A program made the translations under genes and the position numbers. Under the pieces are notes generated by a model. The model was not told the origin of the DNA. It saw only the letters and a list, made by a program, of their open reading frames with translations, and did not search any database. 56,178 nt of DNA from a virus (Duplodnaviria > Caudoviricetes), in the IMG/VR virus record IMGVR_UViG_3300031757_000001, positions 1 to 56,178 of that record. The stretch is one strand, 5' to 3'. Below are positions 9,288 through 18,089 of this stretch, in pieces; positions within the stretch are counted from its first letter, which is position 1; each line of letters begins with the position of its first letter.

Positions 9288-9550
9288 TGTATAAGTTTAT
9301 TCACGAACACCATGCGAGGCAATTTGTCTACATGAAACAGCAAAATGGAGTTGACACCATTCTCACCAAAGGTGAAGGATGTTGGTGGGTAGAGGAATTA
9401 TAGTTTTCCTATCCCGTTGACAGTCAGTCATTTGCGGCCGCGGGGGGCGGCCTCCTAAAGTGTTGCGACACAAGGCTTTATGGGTGAAAAAAAGTTACTT
9501 TTATGAAAAAAAAGCTTGACTTTCGGTCAGATTCTGTCATACTTGTATAC

Positions 9551-9931
9551 ATGATTAAGAATAAAAAGGATATAACTCTCCCAAGTTTTGATGACTTGGT
9601 TTTTCAAGACCACCCGAATACTCCCGATGGAGTTCAAGCTCGCTTGAGCTTTGGGCATGATGACAGATTCAGTATTTCTGTTGTCTCAATGAAGGGTAAG
9701 GAGCAACAATTCGGTGGGCTTTATGGCTCTGTTGCAGACAATACTTACGAGGTCGCATTGTTTCATTACGACAGGATGCTTCCTTTGTCTGTTAGCGATG
9801 ATGTTCTCGGTTGGCAAACTCCTACTGACATCACTAGGTTAATGCACCAAGCAATCCTAAACGATTTCGCTTGGGTTACCTTACTTCAAGAGACGAGAGA
9901 TGAATTTAGGAAAGAATTAGACCTTGACTAA
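9551..9931 (+). CDS. Phage hypothetical protein (GLYG...YEVA...DDVLGW)
   Basis: Leaderless MIKNKK start after a promoter. Confidence 0.7.
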   Translation: MIKNKKDITLPSFDDLVFQDHPNTPDGVQARLSFGHDDRFSISVVSMKGKEQQFGGLYGSVADNTYEVALFHYDRMLPLSVSDDVLGWQTPTDITRLMHQAILNDFAWVTLLQETRDEFRKELDLD

Positions 9932-10119
9932 TTAGCTAAAATTTGCTATTATACTATAATGGATACTCAATTAAACAACTACCGAGTTCTCAAAAACGGA
10001 AAATCAATGGGGAGTTTCATTGGAACTCTCGACCAATGCGTTAAGGCGATTCGGATACTAGAAGCCTCGCTTGATCGCTATACTCAACACTCACCTTATA
10101 CCATAGGGAGAATATAATT

Positions 10120-10356
10120 ATGGAAGATACAACTTACAACGGATGGAAAAATCACGCAACTTGGAATGTCGCCTTATGGATTGGTGGAGACGAAGGTCTT
10201 TATGAATTCGCCAAAGGTTGTGAAAATTATCACGACTTTGCTTCTCAGATGAGAGAATGCTTTGATTCTACCGAAACGCCCGACAGAGTAGCTTGGAATG
10301 ATTCGGGGCTAAATTACGAAGAGCTTGATGAGATGATTCAAGACTTGGGTAAATAG
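10120..10356 (+). CDS. Conserved phage hypothetical protein (YNGWxNxATWNVALW)
   Basis: Characteristic N-terminal motif; GGAG upstream. Confidence 0.75.
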   Translation: MEDTTYNGWKNHATWNVALWIGGDEGLYEFAKGCENYHDFASQMRECFDSTETPDRVAWNDSGLNYEELDEMIQDLGK

Positions 10357-10661
10357 TTGAAATAGGCTAAGCACAAATAGTCGAAATAGGCAACTGGCGA
10401 ATAGAAAAGTTTATCTTAGCTTAATCATAACCAATTCCGTAAGCTCCTGATTAGCAGGGGCTTGCGGATGCGGGGGGCGCGCCCGTAAGCCGTTGAGGGG
10501 TAGCGATTTACGACTTGGATAATTTTATGTTTTTTTTCATTTATTTTCGCCCGTTTCCCTAAGATGCTGATAGACAGCGACATGGGGGGCAAGAAAAATG
10601 ATGATTTAATTTGACAAACCGCTTTTTCTGTGGTATATTATAGTATAAGTTAAAGAAAATT

Positions 10662-10889
10662 ATGATTACAATACTAATACACGAATTCCACTCTTTCATC
10701 TCTGTGAAGATTTTAGAGGGTGGAGAATTTCCACGAGTCCGAACAACGGGACGCCTTGACGGATTGCACAGAATCCTCAAAAATGAGCTTGCTCACTTCA
10801 AGCGAATGGGCATTGAAGTTTCCTTTGCCCGAAAGAACTCTGGCAAGTTCGGGGGAATAAAATGGAAAGACATCGCAAGCCTAAGATAA
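10662..10889 (+). CDS. Hypothetical protein
   Basis: 75 aa behind its own promoter. Confidence 0.6.
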   Translation: MITILIHEFHSFISVKILEGGEFPRVRTTGRLDGLHRILKNELAHFKRMGIEVSFARKNSGKFGGIKWKDIASLR

Positions 10890-10927
10890 GGCTTGACTTT
10901 TTCCTAAAACTCTGTCAGTATACATAT

Positions 10928-11425
10928 ATGATTAAGAATAAAACAAAAGCTTTCGTTTTCGATTTCGATGATACGCTTGCCTTTACTGATGCAAAGGTTC
11001 ATGTACTGAGTCCTTCAAGGCTAGTCCGTAAGAGCTTAACCCCTCAAGAGTTTAACACTCACAAGTTGCGTGAAGGTGAATGCTTCGACTTCTCCGATTT
11101 CGACAGAGCAAGCCTCATTCTTGACGGGAAACCTTCCGAGCTAATTGACTTGGCAAAGGATGTTTTCTCTGAAGGGCATTCTGTGTTTATCTTAACTGCT
11201 CGCATGGATTGCGTTTCTTCCGCTATCGCTCAATGGCTTACTGACTTCGGAATTGTTGCAAGGGAAGTTCATTGCGTAGGAGAAAAAGGCATGGACATTG
11301 CAAAGGCGAAAAGAATGGTCTTGCTTTCAATTATTGAAAACTTCGACAAGGTTTGGTTTTTTGATGATGATGCTCGCAACATTAAGCTTGCAAGCGATTT
11401 ACCACTAAAGGCAAAGAAAGTTTGA
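10928..11425 (+). CDS. HAD-superfamily phosphatase (PNKP-phosphatase-like, cap-less type)
   Basis: Motif I FDFDDTL, motif II LTAR, conserved Lys, motif IV FFDDD. Leaderless MIKNK start. Confidence 0.8.
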   Translation: MIKNKTKAFVFDFDDTLAFTDAKVHVLSPSRLVRKSLTPQEFNTHKLREGECFDFSDFDRASLILDGKPSELIDLAKDVFSEGHSVFILTARMDCVSSAIAQWLTDFGIVAREVHCVGEKGMDIAKAKRMVLLSIIENFDKVWFFDDDARNIKLASDLPLKAKKV

Positions 11426-11468
11426 TTTTTCGCTTGACATTTAAGAAAAAATTTGCTATATTATAGGT

Positions 11469-11651
11469 ATGATTAAGATAGAAAAGAATGGAAACTTCAG
11501 AGGTTTTTTTAATGTTTTTGCTTTCGGCAAGCTTGTCAAGCAAGTGCAGGGTCGGGCTAGAGCGGTCTCTTTAGCGGGTGACCTTGCAAAGCTAAACAAG
11601 CAAACCCACTTCGTGAACCACTCCAACAAAATGATAGAGGTGACCAAATGA
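11469..11651 (+). CDS. Hypothetical protein
   Basis: Leaderless MIKIEK start after a TTGACA promoter. Confidence 0.6.
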   Translation: MIKIEKNGNFRGFFNVFAFGKLVKQVQGRARAVSLAGDLAKLNKQTHFVNHSNKMIEVTK

Positions 11652-11788
11652 ATTGGGAGATACTTTTATTCTTGCCTTGGCTTGTTGTTTTTTGGGTCAT
11701 GTTTCGTGACCTATTTGCGACGCAAAAACCTTGGTAGCCTAAGTCTTTGCCTAGCAACCGCTTAGGAGAGCGGGGCGCGCGCCCCCAA

Positions 11789-12124
11789 CTAGCTGACAGT
11801 CAAGAACTTAGGTGGTGGAGGCAGGGCGGTCGCTGTACCCGTATGGGTTTGCACAAACCAATCATCTTCGCAAACTGGTTCGCTATCAAGACAAGCGACA
11901 AAGCCCACTTGATGAAAATTCATGCCCGTAATTCCGTTGACGCGTTCGCGTGTCGTTGGAGTGTTCCAACCTGCAAGGGTTGCAAAAACTACTCCGCTTA
12001 CATCTCTGCGGATAATTTCATTACCATGCAAGAAAACGCTCGTGCCATCTGTGCGAGTGTTTCCGACTTTTAAGGATTCGCCTTGTTCAAAGGCTTTCTT
12101 GATTTGTTCTGTTACTTTTCTCAT
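11789..12124 (-). CDS. Phage hypothetical protein (LHGNEI / AGWNTPTTRERVN)
   Basis: 111 aa; last gene of the leftward-transcribed block, ending within repeat copy 8. Confidence 0.75.
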   Translation of the reverse strand: MRKVTEQIKKAFEQGESLKVGNTRTDGTSVFLHGNEIIRRDVSGVVFATLAGWNTPTTRERVNGITGMNFHQVGFVACLDSEPVCEDDWFVQTHTGTATALPPPPKFLTVS

Positions 12125-12128
12125 AAAT

Positions 12129-12392
12129 TTAAACTGTGTCCATTTTGGGGACTCTTCGATCTTTTTTCATTTGTAAGTCAAGAGCTTCTTGGGCTATCTC
12201 AACAATCTGACCCATCCAATCCTCAATGTTGGAGGCGTGGAATTTAGCAAATTCTCCGTCCTCATCTTGCTTTTTTCTTGCTTGCTCGGCAATGCGTTCA
12301 GCCTTTTCGCCCATGCTTAGGACTTTCGAGGCGAGAGTGAAACCGCCTTCTTGTAGCGGAGTGTCGAGAATTTCTTTAAATGTAGTTTTCAT
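12129..12392 (-). CDS. Hypothetical protein (MKTTFKE)
   Basis: ATG just downstream of a minus-strand TTGACA promoter. Confidence 0.6.
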   Translation of the reverse strand: MKTTFKEILDTPLQEGGFTLASKVLSMGEKAERIAEQARKKQDEDGEFAKFHASNIEDWMGQIVEIAQEALDLQMKKDRRVPKMDTV

Positions 12393-12844
12393 TATGTATA
12401 TAATATTAGCAGAGAATTGGCGATTTGTCAAGGCTTTTTTTCAATTTTCTCCTTAACCATTTGAGAAATCTTTTTAAGGATATTAGTTTTTCCCTTGGCT
12501 TTCATTATCAAGGCGAGCTTCTGAAGGTTTCTTTTTCTCTTAATCATACTAATACAATACCACAAAAAAATGGATTTGTCAAGATTTATTTTCGTTTTTT
12601 TTAATTTAGTCGTAAACTACTGGCAGTAAGGTAGTTACGAAAGCGGGGGCGGGACCCGTAAGTCCTTGTTGCTTAGCTAGTTGCGAAACTAATCAGGCAA
12701 CCAAGATAGAAGCACCCGACCATAACCCCTGCGAATAGGGTGTATAAGACGGCACATATAATTAGGTTTCTGTATTCTCTCATGTGTTTTAGGATGTGGC
12801 GTAAACGAAAATTGTGGTGCAAGCCACAAGGGTAATCAGAAGCA

Positions 12845-13090
12845 TTATAAAACGGCAGGGTTTACTTCACCGAAAGCTCCACATTTCGGGCAAGGCGATT
12901 CGTCATGCCACTCGATGAAAGCTCGCTTGCCGTTTGCATTTACATCCTCAAGGATATATTTTGCTGAGTCAAGGCAAAGGAATTTGTGAGCGTAAGACCT
13001 TGAACCCCAAGAATTTCCTGTCATGGTAATCATGAGGTAAGGGTTTTCAGGGACTTTAGTTTCGCCAATTAGTTTGATATTGTAGTACAT
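12845..13090 (-). CDS. Hypothetical protein with C-terminal CPKC
   Basis: 81-aa ORF in operon with 13097-13369. Confidence 0.6.
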   Translation of the reverse strand: MYYNIKLIGETKVPENPYLMITMTGNSWGSRSYAHKFLCLDSAKYILEDVNANGKRAFIEWHDESPCPKCGAFGEVNPAVL

Positions 13091-13096
13091 AATTTT

Positions 13097-13369
13097 TTAT
13101 TCTCCGAAGATTTCACGAAGCGAACCGCTGACATTTTCCATATCAACGAGATTTTCGTCATTGTCAAAATCGTCTTTGTCTTCCTTTTCGACTGCATCGA
13201 GGGAAAGAAATTCCTCTTTCACTTCGTCATCTGAAGCGTTTTGCACTCCATGCTCAAGGACAAATTCTTCCGCCTTGAGTTCTTCAAGCAAGCCTTGAAA
13301 CTGCGGAGCAACTTCGGAAGCGTTCGCAACTGCGTTTTTAATTAGTTCTAGTCTTTTTGATTCTGTCAT
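13097..13369 (-). CDS. Acidic hypothetical protein; paralog of 15881-16177
   Basis: Shares NAVANA..VAPQFQGLLEELK, VLEHG, EF.SLDAVE and VSGS with the paralog. Confidence 0.8.
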   Translation of the reverse strand: MTESKRLELIKNAVANASEVAPQFQGLLEELKAEEFVLEHGVQNASDDEVKEEFLSLDAVEKEDKDDFDNDENLVDMENVSGSLREIFGE

Positions 13370-13423
13370 AAGTATAATCTAAAGGATTTTCGGTTAAAAG
13401 TCAAGCTTTTTTTTCAACTATTT

Positions 13424-13627
13424 TTAGCGTTCGTCCCAAACGCCTGCGTTTTGTTCCATGGACTTGAAGCCAACACGCTCCTCGAATTCGATCATTTCGA
13501 CTTCCCAAATGGCATCTTCGAGGTGCTTAATTGAAAGGTTGATCGCATCGATTGCGTCTTGATTGGTAGTCTTGGCGAGCAAGGCGTGAGCATCTTTAAG
13601 GCGGAGTTTTAGTAGGAATGAATTCAT
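13424..13627 (-). CDS. Hypothetical protein
   Basis: 67 aa, own promoter. Confidence 0.6.
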   Translation of the reverse strand: MNSFLLKLRLKDAHALLAKTTNQDAIDAINLSIKHLEDAIWEVEMIEFEERVGFKSMEQNAGVWDER

Positions 13628-13883
13628 ATTTTTTATTTTTAGTAGTTAATCTTTCTTAATCTTATATATACAATATACCATAAGAATACCCATTTGTCAA
13701 GCGAATTGGCGTTTTTTCTTGTCGCGCAAAGTATTGCCATTCAGGGGGTTATGAATTTGATGAAAAAAAAATGAAAAAAAACGAAGAAAAAAACGAAAAG
13801 TTAAAAATGTTTTCGTAAGGTGCTGACTGTCAAGCACTTCTGTGCGCGGGGGCCGCCCTCGTAAGGCGTTGCCTATTAAGGCT

Positions 13884-14033
13884 TTACGCGGGAAACAAAC
13901 CGTAACGGCGTTTACCGTTAGAGTTCGCAAGGCGAGAGCGGAGAAGCCTTTCGGCATCACGCTTACGCATAGCGATGGATTCGACTTGCCAAACAGAGCC
14001 TGCTTGGTTGAGGATGGATTTTAGTATATACAT
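13884..14033 (-). CDS. Small basic protein MYILKSILNQAGS...; paralog of 15561-15710
   Basis: 49 aa translated by hand; near-identical to the paralog. Stop is inside repeat copy 10. Confidence 0.75.
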   Translation of the reverse strand: MYILKSILNQAGSVWQVESIAMRKRDAERLLRSRLANSNGKRRYGLFPA

Positions 14034-14056
14034 AATTTTTTAAGTTTTATTAAGGA

Positions 14057-14227
14057 TTAAGCGAAGAAGCCATGCTTCTTGATCTCGCTAGGCTTGAACG
14101 CAAAACGCTTTTGAGAGCGGTAGAGACGGCAAAGGACGACTTTACCTAAAGAGTCGCTAGAGCCAAAGCCCATGACTTGGAAGATCCGCCCTTGGCGGTT
14201 GGTGACGATATCATTTTTCTTGAACAT
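14057..14227 (-). CDS. Small hypothetical protein (MFKKNDIV)
   Basis: 56 aa translated by hand, behind a promoter and A-rich leader. Confidence 0.55.
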   Translation of the reverse strand: MFKKNDIVTNRQGRIFQVMGFGSSDSLGKVVLCRLYRSQKRFAFKPSEIKKHGFFA

Positions 14228-14361
14228 AATTTTTTCTTTCTTAATTTAACTTATACTATAATGTAACACAGTTTTGGTTGAATGTCAAATTTTATTTTGA
14301 CTTTTTTTCATCTTTGGAGCGATGACGAATTTGAGGAGGATTTTTTCTCTTTGTGTTAATT

Positions 14362-14550
14362 TCATTGGTTGAACCTGTGGGGGTTTTCGAGTTTAGCAAG
14401 CTCGGCTTGCATTTCGGCAAGGTCTTCGCCAAAAACCTCATTGGCAACCTTAACGGACAAAGCCGTTTCGGGAGTTGCCTCATCGTTCATCTTTTCAAGA
14501 GCGGAGGCGAATGCTCCGATCTTGGCTCTTAATTCTTTTATTTTATTCAT
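14362..14550 (-). CDS. Hypothetical coiled-coil protein (MNKIKEL)
   Basis: ORF-track frame with adjusted start. Confidence 0.55.
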   Translation of the reverse strand: MNKIKELRAKIGAFASALEKMNDEATPETALSVKVANEVFGEDLAEMQAELAKLENPHRFNQ

Positions 14551-14612
14551 AATCTTTTTTAACTTTCTATATACAACATAACACACAAACAGGCAAAACG
14601 CAAATTATTTCT

Positions 14613-14729
14613 TCAACTATTTTCTTGCACAATCTTCTTGTGCTTCGCCTTGCGAGGCAAGACCTTATTACGCCTTTTCATCGGGCGGGACTTGGGCATG
14701 ATTATTGTCTTTCTTACCTTAACTTTCAT
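14613..14729 (-). CDS. Small basic protein (RKAKHKK tail); paralog of 8643-8762
   Basis: 38 aa translated by hand; leaderless start. Confidence 0.55.
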   Translation of the reverse strand: MKVKVRKTIIMPKSRPMKRRNKVLPRKAKHKKIVQENS

Positions 14730-14858
14730 ATGTATAACATAACACATAGGAGGGCGAAAGTCAAGCTTTTTTTTCACTTATTTCATGTCGTAAAGCCTTG
14801 ACTATCAAGGGCTTCGGCGCGCACACCCCGCCCTCGTAAGGCGTTGGCTATTAGGTGG

Positions 14859-15113
14859 TTAGGCTTTTCCTACTAGATTCCAAGCAGTATGCCCTTTTGG
14901 AGCTTGGCAAGACTGAACGCCAAAGTCACGAAAGGTAATGTCTGCGACATCCCAAACATCGGAAACTTGAGCCATCCATTGCCCTTTAGTTGGTGCGTTT
15001 TTTTGGTACGGCAAAGTCTGATAAGTGCCGAGCTTGTCGCCATTGGCGAGCGTCATCTCTATGCGAGCTTGACGAAAGAGAATAAATGGAATATTGTTTT
15101 TAATCTTAATCAT
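14859..15113 (-). CDS. Hypothetical protein
   Basis: MIKIK start; stop inside repeat copy 11. Confidence 0.65.
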   Translation of the reverse strand: MIKIKNNIPFILFRQARIEMTLANGDKLGTYQTLPYQKNAPTKGQWMAQVSDVWDVADITFRDFGVQSCQAPKGHTAWNLVGKA

Positions 15114-15560
15114 AATTGTTGAAATGGTAAATTGTTTAGCTTTTTAGCAATTCGGTTTGCCGATTGACGAAAGCAACGAATTGCTCTTGCGAGTCACGAT
15201 TAGGCTTTTTTGATAAGCCACCGAAGGTGTTTTGCTCGAAGCCACCTAAGAGCATGACCCAAAATCTTTGGGTGTAGTTGAAACGGATTGTGAGATCTTT
15301 TTTTGTGAACATAATTTTTCTTTCTTTCTTAATTTAACTTATACTATACTATAAACCATAAAACGGCAAAAGTCAAATTATTTGGGCACTTTTCTTGTTT
15401 CGCTTTTAGTTGTTGCTCAACCACTTAGGAAAACCGTTAAAAAAAAGTGAAAAAAAACGAAGAAAAAAAACAGAAAACTAAAGGGTCTTTTATAAGGTGT
15501 TGACTACCAAGGACTTACGTGGACAGGGGCCGCCTGCCTAAGTGCTTATGGCTTAGGGGT

Positions 15561-15710
15561 TTACGCCTTAAAGAGGCCGTAGCGATATTTGCCCTTGCTA
15601 TTCGCAAGGCGAGAGCGGAGAAGCCTTTCGGCGTCACGCTTACGCATGGCTATGGATTCAACTTGCCAAGCTGAGCCAGCTTGATTAAGGATTGCTTTTA
15701 GTATATACAT
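15561..15710 (-). CDS. Small basic protein MYILKAILNQAGS...; paralog of 13884-14033
   Basis: 49 aa; stop inside repeat copy 12. Confidence 0.75.
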   Translation of the reverse strand: MYILKAILNQAGSAWQVESIAMRKRDAERLLRSRLANSKGKYRYGLFKA

Positions 15711-15717
15711 AAATTTC

Positions 15718-15876
15718 TTATTCTCCATTGAGTTCGGTTGATACATCGAGCCACCATGTTTCGGGTTCGTCCTCTTGCGTAAAGTAACCCATTGCTTGCA
15801 GTTGGTCGAAGGCTTCGCCCTTTTCGGTGTCTGTGCCAAAGTTGAGAAGGTTGAGCCAGTAGTCTATAATGTCCAT
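15718..15876 (-). CDS. Small acidic hypothetical protein (MDIIDYW)
   Basis: Fills the gap between two paralog genes. Confidence 0.55.
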   Translation of the reverse strand: MDIIDYWLNLLNFGTDTEKGEAFDQLQAMGYFTQEDEPETWWLDVSTELNGE

Positions 15877-15880
15877 TTTC

Positions 15881-16177
15881 TTAGCTTTCGATTGTGTCGA
15901 AAAGGTCAGCGAATGAACCACTTACGCAATCCATATCGGTTTGTTCCTCATCGTTTTCGTCAATGTCATCCTTGTCGGATTCGACTGCGTCAAGGGAAAC
16001 GAACTCTTGTTCAATGTCCTCTTTCGAGGCGTGTTGAGTTCCATGCTCAAGGACTAAATCCTCAGCGAGCTTTTCGGACTTGAGTTCCTCAAGCAATCCT
16101 TGAAACTGAGGAGCGACTTTTGTTGCGTTGGCAACGGCATTGGCGATAAGGGCGAATCTTTCTTTCTCATTTAACAT
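15881..16177 (-). CDS. Acidic hypothetical protein; paralog of 13097-13369
   Basis: See the paralog. Confidence 0.8.
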   Translation of the reverse strand: MLNEKERFALIANAVANATKVAPQFQGLLEELKSEKLAEDLVLEHGTQHASKEDIEQEFVSLDAVESDKDDIDENDEEQTDMDCVSGSFADLFDTIES

Positions 16178-16459
16178 AACTACATAATGACAGAATCTGA
16201 GAAAACCGCAAGCTAATTCGTATTCAGCTAACTTTCACTTGCGTAAAGCCTTGACAGTCAATGGATAGAAGAAGAATTTATTTTTAGGTATGTGCGGAGG
16301 AAAAACGCCCGAAAACTCAATCTCGACTTTTTTTATTGCACAAGCTATTGGTGCTCATGGGTTTATGGCAGAATTTTTCGTGATATTTTCGCAAGCTGTT
16401 GATACACAGGGGCTTGCGAGAGCGGGGGCCGCCCTCGTAAGGCGTTGCCTATTAAGGGC

Positions 16460-16654
16460 TTACCAGACGAAAGCTCCTGTTCCCTCTGGTCTGGCAGAGC
16501 CAGACGCTAGAGGGTGAAGCTCTAAGTCGGTGACTGGCACCGACCAAACCCTAGAGGAGAAGCCCCTAGCACGGACGACTGCGGTGTCGCCAGTTACGGA
16601 CTCAACCACGCAGGAGAATCCACCGAAGAGAACTATATCGTTAATCTTAATCAT
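16460..16654 (-). CDS. Hypothetical protein (MIKINDIV; SH3/KOW-like beta protein possible)
   Basis: Leaderless start; stop inside repeat copy 13. Confidence 0.6.
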   Translation of the reverse strand: MIKINDIVLFGGFSCVVESVTGDTAVVRARGFSSRVWSVPVTDLELHPLASGSARPEGTGAFVW

Positions 16655-16783
16655 ACATACAATGTACCACAGAAACGGGCATTTGTCAAGAACTTTTTTC
16701 ACTTATTTCGCTCCGTAAAGCCTTGGCTATCAAGGGCTTCGGCGCGCGGAGGGCGCCCTCGTAAGGCGTTGGTTATTAGGTGG

Positions 16784-16993
16784 TTAGGCTAGTCCCAAAT
16801 CCCGCATTTCATCGTAGGTTGCCTCGTCGCAAGCGTCACGAACACCTTCGCGGTAGTTGTCGAGCCAAACATACTCGAAGCCTGTTTCGAGCTGATCGCT
16901 GAGGCGTTTAGGAAGCTCTTCGGAATCGCGACCTTCGTAGCCTGCTTCATAGGCTTCTTGTGCGATGTAGTCAATGTCTTGTGATTTGTACAT
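16784..16993 (-). CDS. Hypothetical acidic protein (AYEAGYEG)
   Basis: Stop inside repeat copy 14. Confidence 0.6.
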   Translation of the reverse strand: MYKSQDIDYIAQEAYEAGYEGRDSEELPKRLSDQLETGFEYVWLDNYREGVRDACDEATYDEMRDLGLA

Positions 16994-17114
16994 ACTACAG
17001 TATAACATATGAAAGGGACATATAGTGTCCACATGAAAGAAAGTTGTAAGTCACTGAGTATCAACGACTTACCGCCCCCGTCCCCGCCCTCGTAAGGCGT
17101 TGCCTATCAAGGGG

Positions 17115-17303
17115 TTAGCGTTGTGCTCGCTCAACTGCGTGCGTGATCTGTTGCTCTAGCTCGTGAATCTTTGAGTCTATGTCAATCTGTACGGATTGAA
17201 TTTGTTGAGCTTCGGATGTCTTACCCGAACGCAATGCGTTCATGCGTTGAAGCGTGAGAGCTTGAAGGGTTGAGACTAGTCTGTCAATTTGTTCTTTTAT
17301 CAT
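17115..17303 (-). CDS. Hypothetical coiled-coil protein
   Basis: MIKEQ start; stop inside repeat copy 15. Confidence 0.65.
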   Translation of the reverse strand: MIKEQIDRLVSTLQALTLQRMNALRSGKTSEAQQIQSVQIDIDSKIHELEQQITHAVERAQR

Positions 17304-17341
17304 AGCTTGTATTATAGGGGATTAAATGAATTTTGTCAAGA

Positions 17342-17536
17342 TTATTTTTGCTTTTGTTGAGCCTCTAATTTAAGAAGCTCCACGGCATGAGCGTTGCGAG
17401 TCAGTACCCTTTGAAGGGCGAGGGCATTGTTTTTGGCTTTATCCGCAAAGTTAGCCCAGAAGCTAACACGCTCCCCATGCCAATTGATTAACTCTTTAAC
17501 CCTATGGGATTCGTTTATTGTTTGATTTATTGTCAT
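17342..17536 (-). CDS. Hypothetical protein
   Basis: 64-aa ORF in operon context. Confidence 0.55.
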   Translation of the reverse strand: MTINQTINESHRVKELINWHGERVSFWANFADKAKNNALALQRVLTRNAHAVELLKLEAQQKQK

Positions 17537-17562
17537 AATGTGTTGATTGTAAAGGGTTTATC

Positions 17563-17847
17563 TCAGTCGAAAAGACCATTGTCCCAATCCTTACGGACTG
17601 AGGCGAGACTGGCAACAAAGGCGACTGCCTCTTGATGCTTTGCTTCCTCAATGGCGATTGCAAGAGCATTGCGTAACTCGACAATCTGAGCTTGAGTCGC
17701 ATTGACTTGCAACTGGCGAGAGTTACGCAAGGAAGGCTTGCGACTCTTGGCGAGCAATGTTTGCCACTCGGCAAGAATGGTAATTCTGCGAGCGATGGCG
17801 TTTTTAATTTCCTTGACGGAGGACGGAATTTCTACTGTATTTATCAT
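17563..17847 (-). CDS. Hypothetical protein
   Basis: 94 aa, own promoter. Confidence 0.65.
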   Translation of the reverse strand: MINTVEIPSSVKEIKNAIARRITILAEWQTLLAKSRKPSLRNSRQLQVNATQAQIVELRNALAIAIEEAKHQEAVAFVASLASVRKDWDNGLFD

Positions 17848-18089
17848 AATTTTTTCTTTCTTTCTTAACTTACTATACTATACAATAGACCAGTTTTGCC
17901 CTAAAGTCAAGCGATTTGCGAAGTTTTTTTATGTTGTAAAGCATTGGCTGTTAGAGAGTTGCAAGAACAGGCAAAAAAAAGTTTGTTTATTTTTGCGAAG
18001 TTTTACCCTTATGTCGTAAGACGTTGCCTACCAAGGGCTTACGGGCGCAGGGGCCGCTCGCCTAACCGATTGACTGTTAGCTACTTAGG

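Larger units (their letters stand above)
1642..18089. repeat. Dispersed family of 16 intergenic 75-bp double-dyad repeats (29-bp dyad + 17-bp GC-rich spacer + 29-bp dyad)
   Basis: Dyad consensus CGTAAG-N3-TTG-N5-CAA-N3-CTTACG. Copies at 1642-1716, 3311-3385, 5637-5711, 6824-6898, 8519-8593, 9408-9482, 10438-10512, 11738-11812, 12611-12685, 13814-13888, 14789-14863, 15491-15565, 16390-16464, 16714-16788, 17045-17119 and 18015-18089. Confidence 0.92.

Noticed and set aside
3383-16702. ORF-track starts such as 3383, 5930, 7638, 8547, 9503, 10862, 12431 and 16702
   Set aside because: These extensions run through promoter or repeat sequence (e.g. KKLD is the AAGCTTGAC -35 box); downstream ATGs were used instead.
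1642-18089. CRISPR array interpretation of the dispersed repeats
   Set aside because: Copies are degenerate and separated by 0.25-2.3 kb of genes, not by 30-40-nt spacers; no cas genes are present.
1642-18089. Integron attC sites (some ends read CCTAAC / GTTAGGC)
   Set aside because: Most ends are TAAG/CTTA rather than AAC/GTT, the arms are not complementary enough to form attC hairpins, cassettes have their own promoters, and no integron integrase is present.
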